Positions 46,770 through 58,870 of a stretch of DNA of 64,000 nt are shown here, piece after piece. How positions within the stretch are numbered: the first letter of the stretch is position 1; each line of letters begins with the position of its first letter. Position numbers and translations under genes: made by a program. Source of the stretch: the human T2T-CHM13v2.0 reference genome, Homo sapiens; the NCBI RefSeq assembly GCF_009914755.1, contig NC_060939.1; one strand, written 5' to 3'. Under the pieces are notes generated by a model, which worked only from the letters and a program-made list of their open reading frames with translations, did not search any database and was not told where the DNA came from.

Positions 46770-46932
46770 TTACATAATACATGACCCAAAGAGGAAGTTT
46801 CAAGATAAATTAGAAAATATTTTAAACAGGAAAAAAATGAAAATGACATTTCACATCTTGTGGCATGCAGCTAATATGTAGCCTTAAACCTTATTTTTAA
46901 AATGAAGAAAATGCTCAAAGCCATAATCTAGG

Positions 46933-47146
46933 CCAGTGGTTGGCAAACTTTCTCTCTATGTTTGGACAGTAAATATTTTAGGCTTTCTGGGCCATATGGT
47001 ATCTGCCACAACTATTAAACTCTACCATTGGGCAAAAGCAGTCATCGCCAATATGTAAACACATTAGTGTGGCTACATTCAATGAAACTTTATGTATAAA
47101 AACAGGTAGTTGTATTGATTTGGCCTGTAGATTACCACCCTCTGAT
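46933..47146. mobile_element. MER58A-like hAT MITE (further copies at ~52714-52914 and ~63835-64000)
   Basis: cagtggttggcaaactt...acattcaatgaaactttat... Confidence 0.7.
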
Positions 47147-48667
47147 TTAGCCACCACCTTAAGAAAATAAAAAAAGTAAGACCAAATTAAACCTAAATCA
47201 AGAAGAGAGAAATAAATCATAAAGACAAGAGTAGAAATGTATGATACTGAAATAGTAAAACAATGAAAATTAAAAACCCAAATCTGGTTCTTTGAAAAAT
47301 AATCCATAAAATTGATAAACCTCTAGCACTATACTTACTGGAGAAAGATTGGATGCTTTCTAAGACTGAGGGGGAAAAAAAAGAATATGCATTCTCACTA
47401 ATACTATTCACTATCTTATTTGAAGTCTTAGTCCAATAAGGCAAGAAAAAGAAAAGGCATAGCATATGGAGAGGAAGAAATAAAAATACCCAACGTGATT
47501 TTCTATGAAGAAGACCTAAAGGAATATAATAAAAGCAATACGTAAATGTAGGAAGTTACAGGATACAAAGCCAATATAAAAAAATTCAATTGTATATGTT
47601 TATGCTGAAAATACACAATTGGAAACAAAAATGAAAAGCCATTTACAATAGCTTCAACAAAAATGAAATACAAATCAACCTAATAAAACATGTACTGGGT
47701 ATGTGAGCTAAAACTGGAGAATGCTGATGAAAGAAACGAAGGAAGACCTAGATAAATGAAGAGACCTGCCATGTGCTTGTATTGGAGACTAAACATAGTA
47801 AATATGTCAGCACTCTCCAAACTGCTCTATTTATTGAAAACAATACCAATCAAAATGTTGCAGTATCTTTTTAATCGAGAGTAACTCATTCTAAAATTTA
47901 TATAGAAATACAAAAATCTGGAATAGCTAAACAAATTTGGAGAGGTCACACTACCCAATTAAAAGACTATCATCCTTCAGCAATCAAAATGGTATTGGAA
48001 TAGTTACATAGATCAATGGAAAGGAATAATGAGTCAAGGTTATCTACTACACAGATGTAGCAGAGATTTTTGATGAAAGTACAAGAGCAATTCAGTGGAG
48101 ATATTACAGTCTTTTAAAACAATGACATTGGAAAAAATTATTCACATGTAAAAAATGAACCTTAAACTAAATATAACACTATACAAAAGTTAAATAAATT
48201 ATAAATCTAAATATAAAATGTAAAACTATATTACTATTAGAAAACATGGGAGAAAACCTTTGTTAATTGGGATTAGACAAGGAGTTCTTACACATGACAC
48301 CAAAAGTATATAACATAAAATTTTAAAAAATGGCTTGTTAGACTATATCAAAATTAAAAACTTTTACTGTGCAAAAGGCACTACTAAGAATGAGAAGACA
48401 AGCTACAAAGTAGGGGAAATATTTGTGAACTCTGTGTTCAACAAAGGACTAATACCCAAAATATTTAAAGAACTCTCATAACTCAACAATAAGAAAACCC
48501 AATTTCTAAAAATTGTGTAAAAGTCTTGAATAGACAGCTTATCAAAGTAGATAAAAAGACAGGAAATGCATAGAAAGGTTTTCAACATCACACGTTATTA
48601 GGAAAATGAAAATTAAAAACCCAGATGTTGATAATACTGGGTTTTTCAGTATTATCAACTGAAAGGA

Positions 48668-48772
48668 CTTGGCCCCAGAGGGCCGGCCTTACTCCAGGCC
48701 ACGGTCTTCCTACACCTCGGTGCCCAGCAGTCTGTCCACTGCAGGGATCTTTCCCAAGAGCAGCAGTAGCTC
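48668..48772 (+). repeat. 105-bp direct copy of MCTP2 coding sequence 53557-53661, embedded in L1
   Basis: 103/105 identical, ungapped, by manual alignment. Confidence 0.97.
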
Positions 48773-50049
48773 ATACACATACCTATTAGAATGGCTATGC
48801 ACATACCTATTAGAATGGCTAAAATTAAAAGTCCTGATGGTACTAAGTCCTCAGTAGGATATAGACAACTGGAATTCTCATAATTGTGGGCGGGAATGCA
48901 AATTGGTCTGTTAAAGTCTGGCAAAGAGTTATCAGGTTCTTTATAAAGTTAAACATTCATTTATCATATGACCCAGCAATCTCACTCTTTGGCATTTATC
49001 CCAGAGAAATGAGAACATATATTCGTACACAAAAAACCTGTACACAAATGATTATAGCAACTTTATTTGTAAGAATTCCAAATTGGAAACAACCCAAATG
49101 TCCTTCAAGGGGTAAATAGATTAATTGTGGTACATCCACACAATAGACTACTACTGTCAGCAACAAAAAGTTCAACTACTGACATGTGCAGCAACTGGAT
49201 GAATCTCAAAGGTAACGTGCTGAGTGAAAGAAGCCTGTCTCTAAAAGTTATATACTGTGTGATTCCGTTTAGAAAACATTCCCCGAAAGACAAAATGATA
49301 GTGATAGAGAATAGAACGGTGGTTTGCAGAGGAAGGAAGTGGGGGCCTGGGAGCGCGTGATCCTTTGGGGATAGACAGACCCCTCTGTGTCCCGATTGTG
49401 ATGGTGTAAACACAAATCTGTAAATGTGTTAACATTATAGAACTGTGCACCAAAAGTGAGAAAAAAGCCAATTTTGTTTTAGAATGATTTCAAAAATAAA
49501 GTTGAAAAAGTCATTTCTTAACAAAACAAAGATGGTGAAACTGGTGGTTCCAGTGTCCAGGGGTTAGGTATATCCCTGCTTTCTACTTGAATTTCTCTTG
49601 AATATATTATAATGTACCAGTAATACGTGCATTCCTACCAGCTTCACCCCCTCAAATAAAGGAGACTGACTCCTGGCACAGGACAGTGTAGTGCATGGAG
49701 AAGATAAACATTTTTCCACTTAGACACATTCTTTAGAGATGCAACTTTGTTTACAGCAACTCCTTTTCTCATTTTCTTGGAGATGTTTTTGGTTTGCTTA
49801 GATACACAGATTACAAACCTCTTCATTTCATAAGAGGCTGATTCCCATTCCCAGTCTCCCTTCCAAATAGGAGATTTCCCTCAAAGGGGAATGTAAGCCT
49901 CTCCCCTAGGATTCCTAAGCTTTGATCTGCACAGTAACACCAGGGAGATTGGTTGGAAGGCAGATTCTTGGGACTCACGTTCATCTCCTGTGGTGGAGCC
50001 CAGGACTGTCTACTTTTATTTATATTTATTTATTTTGAAACTTTTTTCT

Positions 50050-50357
50050 CTTTATTTTTCTTTTCTTTTCCTTTTTTTTTTTTTTTTTGAGACAGTCTTA
50101 CTCCATCACCCAGGCTGGAGTGCAGTGGCGCAATCTCAGCTCACTGCAACCTCCGCCTCCTCGGTTCAAGCAATTCTTGTGCCTCAGCCTCTCAGTTCCT
50201 GGCATTACAGGTATGAACCACCATACCTGGCTAATTATTTATATTTTTAGTAGAGATGGGATTCTGCCATGTTGGCCAGGCTGGTCTCGAACTCCTGACC
50301 TCAAGCCATCCACCCGCCTTGGCCTCCCAAAGTGCTGGGATTACAGGTATGAGCCTG
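50050..50357 (-). mobile_element. Alu (J/S), diverged
   Basis: Antisense dimer with T-rich tail. Confidence 0.88.
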
Positions 50358-50829
50358 TATGGGACTGGGTATTTTTAAAGACACAATCTTGATGAGTCTC
50401 TTTGGGGTGCTGTAGGGAACCTCTTTGAGAAATTCTATAGAGCCAGGAATTTAAACTTGTAATATATCTGTCTGTCTGTCTCCATCTCGATAGCTCTCAT
50501 TACTTGTGTTGAAACACATATGGCTCCACCTAACTGTTTTAAGCATTGTACAGTATCCCACTGTGTGAGCGCATCTGAAGCTGCTCCCACAGAAACCACA
50601 GTGCTGCTTCTCTGGGCTATGTTCAGGTATACTTTATTTCACACATGTGCTGAGTCTTCAGCAGCAGCCGCTGCATGACATATGGGTCATTCCCAAACTT
50701 CAATCTCATTGTTTTTGCTGAGAAGGTACTGGCCACCTTCTCCATTTTTATGTTTTCCATATATATTACTTTCTTTACAATGGACTTTTCAGTTATTTAA
50801 ATATTTTTTCTTTCAGCTTTAGATTTTTA

Positions 50830-51286
<457 letters not shown>

Positions 51287-53261
51287 CTAATTGAAGGAAA
51301 ATATTGCTATATGAAAATAGAAGCAATGCCTTTTATCGTATTTGCAAGTCAAGTTATGAGATGTGAATTGAATGTACTTGCGTATTGCTAACGTGAAATT
51401 CAAGTTTCTGTTTAGGATAACGTTTTTAAAAGCTGCAAAAAAAGTTGTAAACTATTTTAAACATTTAAAGCCAAAATGACCCAATACAAAGTAATTGAAA
51501 CAATTTTAAAAGTCGCTAACATTGTATTAAACATTTACTCCATACCTAGCACTGTTCTAGATACCAAAGCACTTTCTGTGTATTAGTCCATTCAGTCCTC
51601 ACCGCAGCCTCCCGAGGTACTTACTGTTAAACTCATCTGTAACATGGGAATAACAGTGAGACACAGAACTCTTACATAACTTGATTAAGATATCCAAACA
51701 AGAAATGATGAGAATAATGATAGAGACACCTTTCTGTGTCTGAGCACTTTAAAGCATCAGACACTGTGCTTTCTACTTTGTGTCATCGTATCTGTAAACT
51801 AGGTAATCTCGTCCCCACTGGGTGGGTGAGGCAATGGAGGCTTAGTGAAGTGACTTGCACCTGGTCCTACCTCTAAGTAGAACAGAGTAAATCAGAATTG
51901 TAACCCATGGAGTCTGTTTTGAGAGGCCAAGCTCTTAATCTTTACATTGTCTGCAGAAGATACCAAGTTCATCCTGGGAGAAGCTCTTGTCATGCGCTGG
52001 TCATTAGGCAAGGGCTATAGAGACAAAGTCCTGACTTTTAGCAGGCAAATGGCTGCACACACCCTGATCTCTGGCTCTCTGGACCATTCTTCACAATGAT
52101 AAACTGTCCTCTCCTTGAAGGAGCTGGGGTGGGGCACAACAGCCAGGGTCCTTGATTTTAGAAAATGTGATTTGTGGAAGCTCTTGGCCTCTTTTGGCCT
52201 CAGCCAAATGTGGCAAAATACAAACAGGCCAGGTCTCAGTGTCTGCCCATCCTGTTCTTTTTCATACTGAAAGGATTTATTATGAGGCATGTGACACATA
52301 AAATAAGGGTTATTTCTGCAAATTTGATTTTGATTTGATCCGTGATGAGTTCAACCTGTTATATCCCAAATCACCACTTTCCTCCACAGCATTTACCCTA
52401 CTCTGTAATTACGTATTTACTGTATGTGTGAAGCATCCTTATCCCTCATAACCAACTGCTAGTGAGCCACACTTTCATTCACATTCTCAGGCTACATCTC
52501 AGAAGCTTGCTTTGTTTAAGGGCTTCATTATGGGAATTTTGTCATTTCTTCTGAATAAGAACAAAACTCACATTTTTATAAATGTGTTTTGCTCTAATCA
52601 CCTGTATGTGAATATAAATTTGAAAGATACTAGATGGAATCCTAGTCGATAGGGCCATGTTTTTGTTCTTGAAAACGTACACTTAATTCTGGGAAGGAAG
52701 TTGACATGGTTAAAGCAGGGATCAGCAAGCCACAGTCTGCTGGGTTTGCAAAGTTTTATTACAACACAGCCACATTCTTTCATTTAGGTATTCTGTCTGT
52801 CTCCTTTGATGTCGCACAGCAGAGTTGAGTAGTAGCGACAGACACCATCTGGCCCACCAAGTCTAAAATATTTAATAACTGGCCCTGCACTGAGACTGTT
52901 TGTTGACCTCCGGTTTAGAGAAGTAGAAAGTCCCCACCCCTTGATCATACTGAAGAACAGCTGCTGTTGGTGTTCTCGTGAATGTCTTTAGCTCCGCTTC
53001 CTCTGGGAAGGAAATAAGACAGTTATCTCTTCATGAAGCATTTTTTTTTTTTGGTGCCAACCTTATCATCTCATTCTTCGTTTTAATGTTTCTACAGTTG
53101 CTCTGATAAAATTCTTTTAAAAAGTTCTTTAAAAATGCTTTCCCCAATATTTATACAAGTTACCAACCAAATGTTGCAGTCTTAATCATTTATTGGAAAC
53201 TGTAAGATTTTTGAGTCGTGTTTCTCACTTTGATGTGCCTTACTGCCACCAAGAAGGTTCA

Positions 53262-53312
53262 TGTTTTTTTTTTTTGTTTGTTTGTTTTTTGTTGTTTTTT
53301 TCTGTTTTATAG
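53262..53312 (+). promoter_or_regulatory. 3' splice acceptor / U-rich polypyrimidine tract of the MCTP2 coding exon
   Basis: ~50 nt T-rich tract (tgtttttttt...ttttctgttttatag) immediately before the exon. Confidence 0.85.
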
Positions 53313-53377
53313 GAGTCATTGCAGTTTTCAGTAGAGGTGTACTTCTGAGAAGTGGCTTCTTGGGTCTTCATGCAGCC

Positions 53378-53842
53378 ATGGATCTGGATAAACCATCTGT
53401 TTGGGGCTCATTAAAACAGCGGACCAGGCCATTGTTGATCAACTTGAGCAAGAAGAAGGTGAAAAAGAACCCAAGTAAGCCCCCAGATCTACGGGCAAGG
53501 CATCACTTGGACCGCCGTCTCAGCCTCTCTGTGCCTGATCTCCTGGAGGCTGAGGCCTTGGCCCCAGAGGGCCGGCCTTACTCCGGGCCACAGTCTTCCT
53601 ACACCTCGGTGCCCAGCAGTCTGTCCACTGCAGGGATCTTTCCCAAGAGCAGCAGTAGCTCCTTGAAACAGTCTGAAGAAGAATTGGATTGGAGCCAGGA
53701 AGAAGCCAGTCACCTCCATGTGGTGGAAACAGACTCAGAGGAGGCCTATGCCTCTCCTGCTGAGCGGAGACGGGTGTCCAGCAACGGCATCTTTGATCTT
53801 CAGAAAACTTCCCTTGGAGGGGATGCACCAGAAGAGCCAGAG
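53378..53842 (+). CDS. MCTP2: MCTP2 (multiple C2 and transmembrane domain-containing protein 2), first coding exon, codons 1-155; exon 53313-53842 including 65 nt of 5'UTR
   Basis: Translation [74 protein letters not shown]...GGDAPEEPE recognised as the MCTP2 N-terminus. Strong Kozak gccATGg. Long polypyrimidine tract ending ttttatAG (53311-53312). Phase-0 donor GAG|GTGAGA at 53842/53843; 465 nt = 155 codons. Confidence 0.96.
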
Positions 53843-53861
53843 GTGAGAATAGGGCTGGGCT

Positions 53862-54165
53862 CTCTTTTTTTTTGTCTCTCTCTCTCTCTCTCTTTCCCTC
53901 TCTTTCTCCCTCTCTCCCCGTCTCCCTCTCTCTTCCCCCCTCCCCCTCCCTCTCTCTCTTCCCCCCTCCCCCTCCCTCTCTCTCTCCCCCTCCCCCCTCT
54001 TTCTCTCTCTCTCCCTCCCTCTCCCTCCCTCCCTCTCCCTCTTTCCCTCTCCCTCTCTCCCTCTCTCCCTCTCCCTCTCCCTCTCCCTCTCCCTCTCTCC
54101 CTCTCCCTCTCTCCCTCTCTCCCTCCCTCTCTCCCTCCCCCTCCCCCTTCCCCTTCCCCTCCCTT
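53862..54165. repeat. Polypyrimidine (CT)n/(CCCTCT)n tract
   Basis: ~300 nt almost exclusively C/T beginning ~20 nt after the exon donor. Confidence 0.95.
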
Positions 54166-55329
54166 TGGAAAATTTGGTTAGGAGTTATTTTCGTGGTTAG
54201 CTCAGATGGGGAGAATGTTGTTTACAAGAATTTAAATTAATGCAGTATTGATTGTACCCAGTGTTCCCATTAGTTTTAGGGTTGACCTCTGTGTGTTTTA
54301 AAGCTATTACAAATAACTCTTCCAGAATACTTTAGGACATTAAAAGCCATATTGGATGAATTCTCTTTTATCTGTCTCCTGGCAAAGAAATTAAGTACCT
54401 AACTTTTCCTGGAATTTTTTTTTAAGTGTATGTTTGTGTCTCTCACTACACCATTGCCCAGTCATACCTGTAGAAAAACCATGCATATTATTACTCCTAA
54501 GAAGCATATGAATGTATGTCCCCCTTTGACTGCCTTAGGATTTGAACTTCCTTCTATTTTATACCTGTGTGTGCACTCGCCTGTGAACAAGCATTCTTTT
54601 AAAAAGTTAACAAAACTTTAGTATTTCAATACAATTAATTAACCAAATATAATGATGACACAAATATTTTATTTCAAGGGTGAATATAATTTAAATTCAG
54701 TCCCCAGGTTACCAGATCATGATTTAAGTGACTGATGTAATTAGTTGTCTTTAAAAAGTCTTTCGTTACTGACACTGAAGTAGGTTTCCATGTTGAAGTA
54801 AGGGGTTAATTTTTCTGTGTTCCAGGTTAGTGTTACAATTGCCTAGAAAACTGGTTGTTTAACTTGGATTTTTAGTTTCACTTTTAGAAACAAAACTCAT
54901 TGCTTATTCCATGTATCAGGGTTTCACCAGGGAAGGGATCATGGATGTTTGGAGGATATCATGGCCATATTCGTTAGCAAGCATTACTATATTAAGACAC
55001 CATTACCCATAAATGACTTTAACTATTTTTTTATTTGGCATTACGTTTTATAAAACCCATTTTGTAAACCTTTTTTGACTTTTTAGTTATTTATGAATTT
55101 GAAATACATGTTTCTTTTAAACAAAATGCAAATGAAGTAGATTATTAAATCAGGTCAGTATAAGGAAGGTAACCTGTTGAATTATATAATAAAGTTAATC
55201 TTCGTCTTTTTTTTTCCTGACCAGAAAATAAAAGTGGGCTTCTTGGCTTTGATATACTAACATTTTCATACTCAGAAGGAATTTTTTTGAAGCGACTGCT
55301 GTTAAACCATTTAGAACTTTTATTGTCAT

Positions 55330-55651
<322 letters not shown>

Positions 55652-57287
55652 TTAAACAGAAATATTTGAATGCTACTCTAGGCCAGGCAGTGTGAAAGTT
55701 GCTATTGGAAATAGAGATGGGTAAGAAAGTGCCTCTGCCCTCCAACTGTGATTTTTTGGGAGATCTTACAAGCAGAGCATAAGAGGCTACTGGATATCAG
55801 AGCTGTTGTTGCAAAATGTTTCAGCCTGGTCTCCTGGCAGCTCACTGGAAGGAGGGGATCAGTGTGTGGAAAATGAGGGCATGTTATCTGTGAAGCAGTG
55901 TCCAAGTTGGCACAGAGGATAGTGTGCTTGCCAGGTGAGGAAAGCTGGTGATCACAGCCTGAAGTGTGGATGGGTGCTGTTGGGGGTGATGAGTGTTTTG
56001 CTCTACCTGGATTGGAGGCACTGGGAGCTTTGTGGTGTGATGTGTGTCTGGAAGGGTGTGGGCTGGTCCATGATAGTAGATGTGGGGTTGTTGGGTTGGC
56101 TATTTTATCTTCTCCAGGCTAAATGCAGAAAGCTTAGAATAGGCAGATTCCTTCCAGAATAGGTTATTCTGGATCATTTGGTTTTTCCCTTTTAACGCAA
56201 CCATTTTTTTAACCTTTGTTCTCAAAAATGAATCCTTTGCTCCTCTTTTTCTGACCTAGAAAGTACAAAACAAAGACCAAGACTGATTCTACCGTTCAGG
56301 GTTGAGGTTCTCTCTACTTGAGTGCCGTTGCTTTGCTGGGTGGCATGCTTGCAGAGGACGGAGGGACGGGAGTGCGGCTGATCAGACCCCTAGGATCCCT
56401 TGCAGTCTAGTTCTGCCCACCCAGCTCCCTCCTCACCGGCTCCTCCCCTCAGTCCTGCCTGTTTGAGTTGGGCCTGTCCCACTACCCAGTCTGAGTTCCA
56501 AAACTGAAGAACCTGGAGTCTGATGTTTAAGGCCCTGTCCCACTACCAGTTTATCACATGGTACAGAAGAGGGGCTTCCTTACTTATCTTCTCCACTAGG
56601 CTGTGTTGATTTGGAGGATTGGCATGGCTGGGGAGACACCTTTGTCTTTGTTTTCTAAGCGTCTAGCTTCATGCCTTGCGCATAGCACATAACGTATGCT
56701 CAGCTGATATTTGTTTAATACAAAAACGATGATAGCAACGTGTGCATTCAGGTTACTTGGGTATTTGTGTTTTTCCTGCGAGTTTTCTTTAGTTTATGAT
56801 TTAATTAAAATCATCTGTGGTTTTTGAAAAACTACTCAATTTTATTTTATATGATAATTGAAATTAGAGGTTTAGGCAGGTGTAAACTTTTTGGCTGAAA
56901 TTTGATATTGATTTTAACTCTGAATTTATCATTTCTGCTTTTTTTTTTTTTTTTAAACAAAGGGAATTCCTGCAGAATTCATGTCACCTGAGAGTTTGGG
57001 AATTGGTTCCTCTGTGTTTTAGATATGGCTTATCTGTTTCTTCCTAGTTAATAGCTGGTGGCTTTCTATACCTTGTGTGGAATGAGGAAGAAATGAAGAA
57101 GAAGGAAGGAGTTGGCATGTGGCAAGCCTGGTGTACAGCAAGGACAATCAGATTTTTGTCCAGTGTTCTCAGTTTAACTTACTTTGTTTTTAGCTTTCCA
57201 GAGGGGTCAGGCAAGGAGTGAGCATCTGTGGCCTGAGGGATCCCTAGGGGTTTGCCTCTTCTGTTGTGTACCAACGCTTCTCTGGTG

Positions 57288-57390
57288 CCAGTTGAGATAA
57301 GTGGGGAGGTTACTCTGAGCAGGGTGGTCAGGAAAGGCTTGAAGAGAACTCCTTTTGAGAATTAGTAAGACTCAGATAGGCAGAGAGTAA
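57288..57390 (+). repeat. 103-bp direct copy of 61242-61344
   Basis: Ungapped, 4 mismatches, all transitions. Confidence 0.95.
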
Positions 57391-57931
57391 GCCTGTGGCA
57401 GTGGGACAGGACCCCAAATATCAGCAATGCCTGAATTCTGCAGTCACCTCCAGGCCCACCAGCATCAGCAAAGAAAGTGAAATGTTAGTCTACTGTTACG
57501 GGGAAATGGAATGATGGGGCAAAAGAGGAAAGTAAGCATGAGGGGCAAGGAAGAAGGAATGTGAAAAACAGGACAGGCAGAGCCTAAAATATTGCAAATG
57601 CCAAATCCAGCTGTAAAACCAAAAGGTGAGAACATACGCTTAGAAGAAAGGATACATCCGTGGAAGAGGATTTAGCCAGACTCTCTCTTGAGCTCCAGAT
57701 CCACACCCTACTGGATGTCTCATAGGAACCTGGTTTCGACTTGTTTTGACAGAATTCAGTCTCCCTGAAGAACCACCTCAAACATAGACCATGATTTCTT
57801 GGCAGTATCACCATTATTCACCTAGTTGTTCAAGCCAAACATCTGTGAATAATGGTAGTCTCTTACTTTCCCTGCTTTTCATGTTTGTGGGGTCTTTTGT
57901 CGTCTCACATGTTTCCTCCTCTCTTACCTAT

Positions 57932-58870
57932 CATATTAGTCCATTTTCATGCTACTGATAGACATAACGAGACGGGGCAAATTACAAAAGAAAGACGTTT
58001 AATATGGACGACTTACAGTTCCACATGGCTGGGGAGGCCTCACAATCATGGCAGAAGGCAAGGAGGAGCAAGTCATGTCTTACATGGATGGCAGCCAGCA
58101 AAGGGAGAGAGCATGGACAAGGAAACTCCCTGTATTAGGGTTCTCTAGAGGGGCAGAACTAATGGAATATATATATATATAGTTTATATATATATAGTTT
58201 ATATATATAGTTTATATATATATAGTTTATATAGTTTATATATATATATAGTTTATATATATAGTTTATATATATATATATATAGTTCTGTCTAGAGGGA
58301 CAGAACTAATGGAATATATATATATATGTTTATTAAATATTATCTCACATGATCACACGGTCCCACAATAGGCCATCTACAGGCTGAGGAGCAAGCAGTC
58401 CAGGTTCCAAAACTGAAGAATTTGGATTCGGATGTTTGAGGGCAGGAAGCATCCAGCATGGGAGAAAGGTGTAGGCTGGGAGGCTAGGCCAGTCTGTTTT
58501 CACATTTTTCTGCCTGCTTATATTCTAGCCACACTGGCAGCTGATTAGATGATGCCCACCCAGATTAAGGGTGGGTCTGCCTTTCCCAGCCCACTGACTC
58601 AAATGTTAATCTCTTTTAGCAACACCCTCACAGACACACCCAGGATCAATATTTTATATCCTTCAGTCTAATCAAGTTGACATTCAGTATTAACTATCAC
58701 ACTCCCAGTCATAAAACCATCAGATCTCATGAGACCCATTCACTGTCACGAGAACAGCATGGGAAAGAGTTGCCCCGTGGTTCAGTCATCTCCCATGGGT
58801 CCCTCCTACAACATGTGGGAATTATGGGAGCTACAAGATGAGATTTGGGTGGGGACACGGAGCAAACTTA
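57932..58870 (-). mobile_element. THE1-family MaLR LTR split by MLT2A (pieces 57932-58130 and 58702-58870)
   Basis: attagtccattttcatgct...gttccacatggctggggaggcctcacaatcatggcagaagg...aaaccatcagatctcatgaga...gatgagatttgggtggggacac. Confidence 0.88.
58131..58701 (-). mobile_element. MLT2A-type (HERV-L) solo LTR
   Basis: tgtattagggttctctagagg...aagttgacattcagtattaactatcaca; TG..CA ends; perfect 5-bp TSD CTCCC (58126-58130, 58702-58706). Confidence 0.9.

Noticed and set aside
48669-48857. 62-aa ORF resembling MCTP2, as a paralogous gene or alternative exon
   Set aside because: TTG start, no acceptor or donor at the copy boundaries; only a 105-bp fragment inside L1
53261-54181. 306-aa ORF including a hydrophobic N-extension and Pro/Leu/Ser tail
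   Set aside because: The extensions are the acceptor T-tract and the intronic CT tract; the real exon is bounded by canonical splice sites
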